Shown here piece by piece: positions 21,794-31,224 of a DNA stretch of 31,224 nucleotides; the stretch's first letter is position 1; every line of letters starts with the position of its first letter. A program made the translations under genes and the position numbers. The stretch spans positions 1 through 31,224 of the forward strand of contig NEEC01000091.1 in NCBI GenBank assembly GCA_002189035.1. Reading direction: 5' to 3'. The DNA comes from Utricularia gibba (taxonomy: Eukaryota > Plantae > Magnoliophyta). The notes below the pieces were generated by a model. The model was not told where the DNA came from and ran no database searches. It was given only the letters and a program-made list of their open reading frames with translations.

Positions 21794-22342
21794 ATGGAGA
21801 ATTCCAAGGGCAATAAGCGTGTTTTCCAAGGCGTGGAGGAGGATGAGATATCGACCAAACGGTTGAAAGAGGATATTCTGGATGATTCCGATGAGGAGGT
21901 GGCGGAGTTCGCCCCTCCGGAGGAGGAGATCTGCTGCTTCATCAAAAGCTTCGAGGAGGAGATTACGACGGCGGAGCCGACTCTAGATCTGGCTTCCGAT
22001 TCCTCCGATTGTGGAGAATCGAGAACGGATCTGTGTTTTTTGTTGGAGGCGACGGACGATGAGCTCGGACTGCCGCCGACGGCCGGGTGTTCGCCGACCG
22101 AGTTTGAGGGAGGTCACGAACAGTCGTCGAATGAGGCGGAGGAGGTCGGCGAGTTTTGGGAGGTCCCGACGTATGATGATTCGTACGGGTACGGGTTCGG
22201 GTTGGGTTTTGGGGAAACCGATGATGGCGATGACGAGTACGTGGCGCTGGATGGGCTGTTCGATCACTCGGATATGGGTTTTGCACCGGGCGGTCCGTAT
22301 TCCAGATCCAGTGAGATGGCGGGCCATTTGGAATCCCAATAG
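21794..22342 (+). CDS. Intronless acidic protein of unknown function, LLEASDDELGLPP family (At1g13360/At3g25870-like), 182 aa
   Basis: GC-rich single ORF MENSKGNKRV...FIKSFEEEI...DLCFLLEATDDELGLPP...EYVALDGLFD...ESQ*. The SFEEEI, LLEA(S/T)DDELGLPP and LDGLFD motifs match this family as I recall it; TATA box upstream. Confidence 0.88.
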   Translation: MENSKGNKRVFQGVEEDEISTKRLKEDILDDSDEEVAEFAPPEEEICCFIKSFEEEITTAEPTLDLASDSSDCGESRTDLCFLLEATDDELGLPPTAGCSPTEFEGGHEQSSNEAEEVGEFWEVPTYDDSYGYGFGLGFGETDDGDDEYVALDGLFDHSDMGFAPGGPYSRSSEMAGHLESQ

Positions 22343-25162
22343 TAATTAATATCTATAAAATTAGCCTGTAGACTTTATAAACTCAAAGACACCTCAATGC
22401 ACTAACACGCGAAACAAGGAATGTTCTCCAGAAAAAGGGCACGAAGATGTGCACGCAGGGGTCTGGTATTTCGAGTTGCCGATATTGAAGTGTCTAATGT
22501 GGTAAATCGCTTAAACTCCAGACCCAACTTCAGTTATCGGTGTGTATTCCAAAAAAAAAAAAAAAAAGGAAAAATCGCCAACCCACCCACCGTGCGAAAT
22601 CGAAAACAACGGTTGTGAATTTCCGGCAACCCGGGTTTGATGGGATATGTTCGACGGGCGACGCTTATTCAGGAGACAAACAGATTGGCATGTTTTTGTT
22701 TCATTTTTGGTGGACTTCTGACTGTTTTATTTTCCAGAAGCAACTTTAAACTCTGACCCGAGGTGTGTGACTTGTGAGAGGTTTCAGAAGCCGCTGATAG
22801 GAGCAGATCCCATCCGGATCCGGATCTCGATGGCGGGCTTGGTTTCCGGCAACCCGCCCGCTTGCTCGACACTAATTTTAGCGAAGATCTGGTCTTTTCA
22901 AGAATGGGGAGGGGATGAAAATCAATTTTACGCAATACGAAAGTGAATAAATAACACATCCCGATGGAATAGGGATTCAAATATTTCTATATCGTGATTG
23001 AAAACGATGTCATTGTGGTTATTGGAAGCTCCCCAAAATAATTTAGTAAATTAGTAAAATAATTCGCTGTAAAAAAAAATTACAGAGTATCTCTGTTTTA
23101 TACAAGTTGATAAAATATCCCTATTTCATCTCTATTATTTATTAAATAATTTTATTTTTAATGTATATCGCAATCATATTTACTACATAATTCATATATT
23201 ATTCAAATATAAACTTTAAAACATATTTTTAAAATTTAATTCAAAATTTCATTAATTAAAATATTAAAAAACCATATGTATATATAAATTATTTAGTGTA
23301 ATAGATTAAAAAACGAATTCAATCATATAATTAATATGAATTTTGATAAATTTCCATTGAATATCGATCATACATAAATGATATCTATATATATTTTGGA
23401 ATTTTTTAGATATAAGAATATGTTTCACACATAAATGATGCCCATATATACCTTACAAATATTTTTTAAAATATATGAATACTACATATATATAAATGGT
23501 TTTTGAGTGGCTATCAAAATAGTACACAATTGCGATTTATACATAACTGACGCTGGTGTTCTACACAACACAAAGTACATAACCTGCACCCGTATACATA
23601 ATCTACCTACATCGGGGTTGATACAATACTATGAAAATACGTAATGTGCTACTATACTAATATGATAGTTGTAAATTATTAAAAAGTAACATCTGTTTAA
23701 TACGTTATAAAATAATTTACATATAAAAAAATTAGTTCACATGTTCAAAACCCTAAAAAGACGTATAAAAATTGATGGCTTGATGTTGTACACAAATTTC
23801 AAATGAATAAATATTAATAATACGAATGAAACCTCAAACCAACAGATTTCAAAAGTACAAAATGACCAACTAAGTTATTGGCAATGGTTATGTATAACCT
23901 ATGGTCATATGCTATTTCTTATATTGCTACAAGCATAGGTAACCTATAACACATGATATATTCATAGAATTTAGCATTTAGGGTATATATGAGCATGATT
24001 TAATTTTCTTGAATGCTTGTTGCAAATGCATAATAGATCAACTCCACGTGATTGTACAATTTTATCTTAGAGCAAGCCATTTCATTACAAACATCGACGA
24101 TTCCAAACAAAAATGTCATTTTCTACAAATGATTATGATAAAACTTCAAAAAGATGTCGACTATCCACAAAATTTAAAACGATAGTAGAGATTTGAATAA
24201 TCTTTTTCATGTGTCTTATGTCAATTGTTACCAATCTATTTGAAAGTATATATAATGGATGAAATTATTATAAATTATCTTATCATTAAAACATAAAAAT
24301 AAATTAATAAGATATGTTTGTGTTCTATTAATAATCATTAATATTTAGTTAGGCCTACTGCCCATAAATTATCTTTCAGTCAGCCCGTTAGCAACAAACC
24401 CAACCCTGGTTTTCTTAATTCTCAATAACAATATCCACTTCATGATTTCAATAAAAACTTGGAACAAAAACACAGTTGTAATGATTTTGGTTCTACAATT
24501 TGCAATGATGGGTCGTATCGGATTTGAAAATGTATTTTAATTGAGTTTTTATAATAAATATGAGTTGTAAAAAAATATAAATGCAATAAGAATGCAACTT
24601 TTATTATTTCAATCTTTTGGGTTCCGTTCTCTCAAAATTGTTATCATTTAATATTTTACAATCTGTACATATTGAAGATTAAGTTTATGAAATTACATTT
24701 AATATGGACTTTGACGACAATTAATAATAATTTTATATTCCAAAATGTCATTTATTAAAAATTATTTAAAAACGTGATTACTGTTTTTTTTATCTCACAC
24801 ATTAACATAAAAATGTTATACATATTCGTTACTTTTCTAATACACTCTGTTACATTAGGAATCTAGTGATCATTCTTACTAGTTACCAGTTAGCCTCAAC
24901 CTCAAATCCATGATTACGGCTGGAGCTCATTCTTCATATCAAATCTCACATGAAATTGAGCCCCATACATTGTTACCAACCAACTCCTCCATCAATCAAG
25001 ATTAACCCCCAGATTCGATGTCGACTGAACATCCTTGGGACACTCGGTGCCAGCTACCACGCCTCATCTCCTCAGCTTAACAACAGGGTGGATAAAACAC
25101 AAGGCTAAAGGCTTCCGAGAACGCTTATGCTTGTGTAAAAAAAAAAGGAGGGGGGGGGGGGA

Positions 25163-25968
25163 TCATGCATATGTTTTGGGCCAAGAAAACATCTTTATTG
25201 TAATATTGAGAAAGGATGAAGACATGGTAACCGTTATGGGAATTCTCTATGATAATTCATGCACAAAGTAATAAGTGACGTTGAGGGTTGCTTGCGTCTA
25301 AACTCCCAAGCTGATGGATGGGGAATCTTCGGTGCCGGAAGCCCCCTCCAAGTGCTCCTACCGTGCACAAAAAAGTAAGGACTTAATTTGCCACACTCAT
25401 ACTAATTGGAACTAATGAGAATTTTGAATCTTAAATTAAGGGAATTGGTAGTTCGTGGGGGTGGCACCCTGGTATTCAAGGGAATTGCATTCCGTGACCA
25501 TAGTCGCGTTGCCTGTGGGATGTCTCATGGCCACGGGAGACCAGACCCGAACCAAGGCTTCCCTTGATCTCAATATTGAGAATAACCTTACCATAATTGT
25601 GCATGCAATATAGGATAATAGAATTCTACTGAAACTTCCTTACCGTCTGTTGAAAGACCCAATCCCCCTACATATACTTTTATAGTCAGTAAACTTCTTA
25701 GAACCTTTATCACATTCCAATTTTACTGCTCCTTGATTCTATTCCTCTTCATCAAGATTTTCCCTTTACTCCTCTCATTGTCTCTTCCTTTTATAGCATA
25801 TAGGATTCTTCACCTCCAAAATTTTTTCAAACACTACAATTTCGAAAATCCTTCATATCACTAACCACATTCTTGATTTTTTAGGCAGCTATTACTTTGG
25901 TTTGCTCCACCCCAATCTTTTTCTAAATTAACTCCTGGTATTTCTCGAAGGAAAGCTGTAATATTATA
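25163..25968 (-). repeat. Left (3') LTR, alignable part; the LTR may extend to about 24848
   Basis: Direct repeat of 29521-30230. About 30 mismatches in a roughly 205-nt block counted by eye (about 85% identity). Ends next to the PPT-like tract. Confidence 0.85.
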
Positions 25969-28900
25969 CTCTACTCTTCATAATTTAAGTTTCATCTCAA
26001 AAATTTCGTACCTTCCATTTATTCTGAATGCGTGGCGGCTATTTCCTTAGCATCTTCCCACGTTGCCTCACTCTCGTTTTGCTGCATCCATTGTACTTTT
26101 ACCATTCATATCTCTCATTGTTCATGCTTAATGATTTTTGAGTCTAGGACCCATTGAGATTCTTCCAGCAATGCCAAGTTCTTAGCTATCTCTACTAATT
26201 CTGACTGCAGCATATGGGGATGTGTTCAGGATATATCTTCTAAGCTATGACACGAGGAATATGTCACGTAGAGGGCTTAGTTGGGGTGGTAATTGTAGGT
26301 TTTATACTCTCTTCCCTTATTTTTCTAGAATCTCGTATGGACGTTCAAATTGTGGTTTTAGTTTCTTCCTCTTGGGGACCCTCACCAATCTCTTTGTTGG
26401 GGATATTTTTAAGAATACTTTGTTGTTGACTTCAAATTCCAAAAGCTTCCTTTTTTTTTTATCTACCTAGCTCTTGTGTCGGTCAATCGTGAACCTCTTT
26501 TAGTTGTTGCCTTATTATCCTTACTTTAGTCTTGTTGTCATTCACTAGCTCTAGCCCAACCAATTTCTGTTCACTCATGGCATTCCAGCAGAATGGAGTC
26601 ATACATATTCTACCATACAGAGTTTCATATGGAACCATCTCGATGCTAGTATGGTAGTTATTGTTTTAGGTGAATCTCCTCAAAGACAAGTATCTTTCCA
26701 AGTCAATCAGAAAATCCAATAGGCAAGCTCTTACTTAGCATTTTTTTCAATATTTGTATAGTCCTTTCTGATTGTCTGCTGGTTTAGGGGTGGTGGGCAA
26801 TGCTCATACTCAAATTGATTCCTAGTACTTGTTGTAGAGTTTGCCAAAATCGAGATAAAAACTTTTCGTCCCTGTCCGTCCACCACCACCAATACTCCAT
26901 CGTGTTTTTGTGGCATCAAAGGAAACCCTATCATAAAGTCCATAGTGATGTGTTCCCACTTTCAAGTAGGAATCTTCAAGAGTTGCAGTAATCCCCCGGT
27001 CGCTGATGCTCAACTTTGACTTTTTGGCAAGTTATGCATTTAGGCTCCGTCGATGTGATCCCCAGTTTCATGTTTGACCTACAAAATGAGGGTTTCAAGT
27101 CTTGGTACATCTTGTTCTCTCTGAAGTGAATGGTGAGTTTGGAGTGGTGGGTTTTGGATAATAGCTTATGCTAAAAATTGTAATCTCGCGCATAAAAATT
27201 CGATTATTTAACCTTATCACACCCTCTTCATCTGCCTTGAAGGCCGAGTCATCATATTTTACTAATTCCTTTCACCTAATGGCATCTGGGTGACTTTGAA
27301 GTTCTTTGATAGCCGTCATCAAGTCTGGCTCGAGGCTTAACTAATTTAACCTTCATCTTTTTGATTGCAGTTTATTTTCAAGTCTCTCTAACTCATGTTT
27401 GCATTTGTAGTGCGATTGCTCATGTCTTTTCCTACTCAATGAATCGACTACTACGTTGGCATGCCTTGGTTGGTATTTAATCTTCGCATCGTAATCCTTA
27501 ATTAGCTCCATCCACTAGCACTGTTTTAGATTTAGTTTTTCTTGAGTGAACAAGTACCTTAATGTTTGATGATCCATGAATAATTCGCAATGGTGTCCAG
27601 ATAAAAAATGCCTCCACAATTTCAGAGTGAAAATCACTGTGGCTAGTTCCATGTTATGTGTTGGGTAGTTCGTCGCACACTTATGAAGCAGAATAGAAGT
27701 GTAGGCTTTCATCCGCCCCTCTTGCATAAGTACACACCCTAAACCCTCTTTCGATGCATCTGTATATACTAAAAAATCCTTGTGCGCTTTAGGATGTGCA
27801 AGTATTGGGGAAGAGGTGAGTTTTTCCTTGAGCTTATGGAAACTTTCTTTGTATTCTGAACTCCATATAAATGTGCTTTTCTTCTGATGACAATGTGAGG
27901 GGTTTAGCCAAATTAGAGAATCCTCCAAATTTTTTTTAGTACCCTTCCAAACCCAAGAAGCTCCTAACTTCTACCACTAAAAATGGAGTAGGCTATCATG
28001 TAATCACCTCTATCTTCTTTGGGTCTACAATGATGCCTTCCCCGTTGATGACATGGCCTAGAAACACCATGCTTGACAACTAAATTTCACACTTGGAGTA
28101 CTTAGCATATAATTTATTTTCTCACAACGTCTTCAACACTATTTTTAAGTGCATTTCGTGACTCTCGGGTCTGAAGAATACACCAATATGTCGTCAATGA
28201 AGATCACAATGAAATTATCCAGATAAGGTCAGAAAACTCATTTCATGAGATCCATAAATACATATGGTGCATTTGTTAAGCCAAAATGTAGGACCATGAA
28301 TTCATAGTGCTCATAAGGTGTCCTTAAAGACGTTTTTCGTATGTCATATAGTCTTCGTTTCAATTGATGGTAGCTTGACATAAGTCTATCTTTGAAAATA
28401 CTTTGGTTCCTTTTAGGTGATCGAACATATCGTCAATCAATGGTAGAGGGTAATAGTTTTTTAAGGTCACCTTGTTAACCTCTTGATAATCCCCGCATAA
28501 TCACATTGTACCATCCATTTTCTTCACAAATAGCATTGGTGCTCTTCATGACCTGCTACTTGGCTGAATAAATTTCTTCTCCAATAAATCATTCAATTGT
28601 TCTTCAAGTTTTTTCAATTCTGTTGATGTCATTCAGTAAGGGACCCTTGTTATGGGTTTCATTTCTTCTTCTAGTTTGATGGTGAATTCTATCTCTCTAT
28701 CCGAGGTCTCTCTGACAACTCCTTTGAAAATACATCAGGAAATTTCTAAATCACCTTCACTTTTGGAGCTGGTTTAAATCACATAGTGCCTGAACAAATG
28801 CAAAATAGTGGCACTCCACTTATAGTATCTCTCCCAATGATCCTCCATTCCCATTCATTCCATTTTTTTTTGTCTTGCTCTTGAGTCCCTTGACCAATAT

Positions 28901-29520
28901 CCTTCGTTCCCCCATGTGAATTGCATCAACCTAGTTCGGCAATTGATGATCGCTCCATGTTCTGACAACCAGCCCATCCCTAATATCAGCTTGAAGTCCT
29001 GGATTTCTATTCCATATATATTAACGGCCAAGGCTCTTCTAGCCATTGTATCGGTACATTTGGGTACCATTGAGAGCACATGACCTTTTGACACTGCACA
29101 GTAGTGGTCACTTCTCTTCCATCTCATTCATACCTAGCTTTCTCACAGAATGGTTAGCCGCAAAGAAGTGGGTTGCCCCCACAAGCAATCAAAGAAAGAA
29201 TGTCAAGGTTATATTGGCAGTCATCGTCTCCTCTATCCCCTACGTGATTGCTTCAAACTTGAACATTTTATGCAGAACCACCTCCTATGGAATGAAATAG
29301 TCTCAATTGCTTGAATTCCTCCCAACTCACGTAGTCAAAATTCACGTATTTCAGGGTCCCCTTCAGAGAATGTTGACATCCTATTCTTTTTCAAGCATCC
29401 ATGGTGTAGTCTCACAATCTCTCCCAAGGTTTTTGCTATTAGTGGCACTCGTTGAGCAGCCACTATGATTGTAGCTAGTTCAATGATCGTATCACATGTC
29501 AGAGTGGGATCACCACACCC

Positions 29521-30230
29521 TCATGCATACGTTTTGAGCCAAGAAATCATATTTATTGTAATATTAAGAAAGGGCGAAGTCACGGTAGCTTATTACAGGA
29601 ATTGTCAATGATAATTCATGCATATATAAGTAAGGACTTAATTTTCCACACTCATACTAATTGGAATGAATGAGAACTTTGAATCTTAAATTGAGGGAAT
29701 TGGTAGTTCATAGGGGTCGCATCACAGTACTCCATGGAATTGCATTCCGCGATCACAGTTGTGTTGCCTCTAGGGTGTCCCATGGCCGCGAGAGTCCACA
29801 CCCGAACCAAGGCTGCACTTGATCTCAATATTAGGAATAACCTTACCATAATTGCGCATGCATTAAAGGATAATGAAATTCTACTGGAACTCCTTTACCC
29901 TTCATTGATAGATCCGATCCCCCTACACATAATTCCAGTTTCAGTAAACTTCCTAAAATCCTTATCACATTCCAATCTTATTGCTCCTTGATCCTATTCC
30001 TCTTCTACCAAGATTTTCCCTTTACTCCTCTTATTGCCTCTTTCTTTTATAGCATATAAGATTACTCATCTCCAAAATCTTTTCAAACCTTACAAGTCCG
30101 AAAATCCCTTCATATCACTAATAATTTTCCTGATTTTTTAGGCAACTGCTACTCTCGTTAGCTTCATCCCAATCTTTTTCCAAGTTAATTCGTTGTATTT
30201 TTCTAAGCCAAGGAAAGCCATAATATTACC
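29521..30230 (-). repeat. Right (5') LTR, apparently truncated on its PBS side
   Basis: Aligns with 25163-25968. No recognisable TGGTATCAGAGC PBS next to it on the - strand. Confidence 0.85.
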
Positions 30231-30569
30231 GCCAATCCCTCTCCTCTACCAATTTGATATCAAGTGGCATTGTACACTCAGGGTTTGATAATATCAGGAT
30301 CAGTGAGCATTCAGCCTTTTTCTTTCTTTAGAGTTACACTCTCTGTGTCGAGTGACGCCCAAAAATCGACAACCATCAAGTGATATTTGGACTAAGCATC
30401 AAGCTCAATAACCGTCAAGCCTCACCACTCTATACCAACCATGTGATCCTCAATCACTTAGGTACCAAGTGCAGCATATACATCAGTTTTTATCACACTC
30501 GATAGCAATTCATTGTGATCATTACACTCAGCTCCAGCCCATATTTTTTATGAGCTCACCAAGCTCTCT

Positions 30570-31224
30570 TGATGCAGCAACTTTTTGGAAGCTTCTGGAA
30601 GAAGAATGAAGGCATGTATGACTGGGTCAATAAAAGAAATGATATATGTGATTGGGTCGATGACTTGATAAACTGGGCCAAACCTTGGGAAGACAATCAT
30701 GAAGATATTGAAGCTCAATTTCCAACCTCTAAGGAAAGGCCCATGGATTCAAACTTACAATGCAACGGGTAATACAAGCTCTGATTCTATCAAATTCTAA
30801 ACCAACGGCTATTTCTGCATGTTATAAATATGTGGCTGGGTTGTAATGTATCAACAACGGGTAGTAACTCATTTTCATGTTTTTTGAAGCAATATGGTTG
30901 CTGCATTTCTACATCAACACCTACAAAGGATTCTTTGCTACAATTCATTTTGATGAAACCCGACGTGAACCAAAACTGACCACGCTTCCTTCTCACTGCA
31001 ATGGGTTCCTTTGGCTCACCTCCCAAGTTTGATGGAAAGGATCCACAAGAGTTTCGAGCCCGGAGTATGAAAATAAAGAATTTTTTAGATGATGCTAATT
31101 TTCTAACTTACTTTGTAGAAGCACCACCTATTGAAGCTAATGCCTTGAAGGAGTTTAAGGCCAAGGAGAGAAAAGTACGATGCATTCTTGACAAAGCATA
31201 TGAAGTCATCCTTGACTACATACC
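30570..31224 (+). mobile_element. 5' end of a Ty1/Copia element: putative LTR/leader and gag start at 31001, running off the window edge
   Basis: From the ATG at 31001 the frame is open to the window end: MGSFGSPPKFDGKDPQEFRARSMKIKNFLDDANFL...KERKVRCILDK, matching the Copia gag N-terminus PxFDGxN(Y/F)xxWxxxM. TATA-like ttataaata near 30822. LTR limits are uncertain. Confidence 0.7.

Larger units (their letters stand above)
24848..30230 (-). mobile_element. Old Ty3/Gypsy chromovirus (Tekay/Del-like) LTR retrotransposon: gag remnant, protease, RT, RNaseH, integrase, chromodomain
   Basis: On the - strand: gag SWEEFKQL (about 29310-29340); protease FD..GATHFF...LILGMGWL (about 28960-29190); RT PYLDNFIVIFIDDILVYS (about 28175-28230); RNaseH VYTDASKEGLGCVLMQ...YPTHNMELATVIFTLKLWRHFL; integrase; chromodomain MVKVQW...EATWE (about 26060-26110). 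PPT-like tract at 25969-25980. Many stops; the left boundary at 24848 is tentative and no TSD was resolved. Confidence 0.93.

Noticed and set aside
21566-22349. Alternative-frame and antisense ORFs over the acidic-protein gene
   Set aside because: Expected by-products of a GC-rich coding sequence; only the 21794 frame carries family motifs.
30334-30344. ttaca|ctctc as the right end and TSD of the Gypsy element (left flank cactc)
   Set aside because: It lies about 100 bp beyond where the LTR alignment stops and has a mismatch, so it is not a reliable TSD.
1-31224. tRNA, rRNA, spliceosomal snRNA, 7SL, known miRNA or CRISPR arrays
   Set aside because: None recognised by eye. tRNAscan-SE and cmscan were not run, so very divergent copies cannot be excluded.

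Overview
AT-rich plant (eudicot-like) nuclear DNA. Four protein-coding genes can be supported, all on the + strand: (1) 60S ribosomal protein L23a/uL23 (three coding exons, 2964-3959, plus a probable leader intron); (2) a compact two-exon, 101-aa member of the uncharacterised plant VVCPKPRR...SPPFFxGSPP family (11280-11665); (3) an FLX-like coiled-coil protein (three coding exons, 14439-15340); (4) an intronless acidic protein of the LLEASDDELGLPP family (21794-22342). The rest is intergenic sequence and decayed transposons: two MuDR/Mutator transposase remnants (1-740 on +, about 7880-8960 on -), a Copia-type solo-LTR-like piece (4610-5002), a Copia RT/RNaseH remnant (about 17085-18100), an old chromovirus (Tekay/Del-like Ty3/Gypsy) on the - strand with two diverged LTRs (about 24848-30230), and the start of another Copia element at the right edge. 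No rRNA, tRNA or CRISPR array was seen. The best lead for something undescribed is a pair of 52- and 56-nt elements of the same architecture (GGCGG-nn-TTAT ... CTGA-n-GCC, closed by a terminal stem), one in each coding-region intron of RPL23A. Other leads are the miniaturised VVCPKPRR protein, a coding-like island downstream of the FLX-like gene, and a TCP-site-rich region next to a possible unannotated structured transcript. All calls were made by eye; no alignments, folding or database searches were run.
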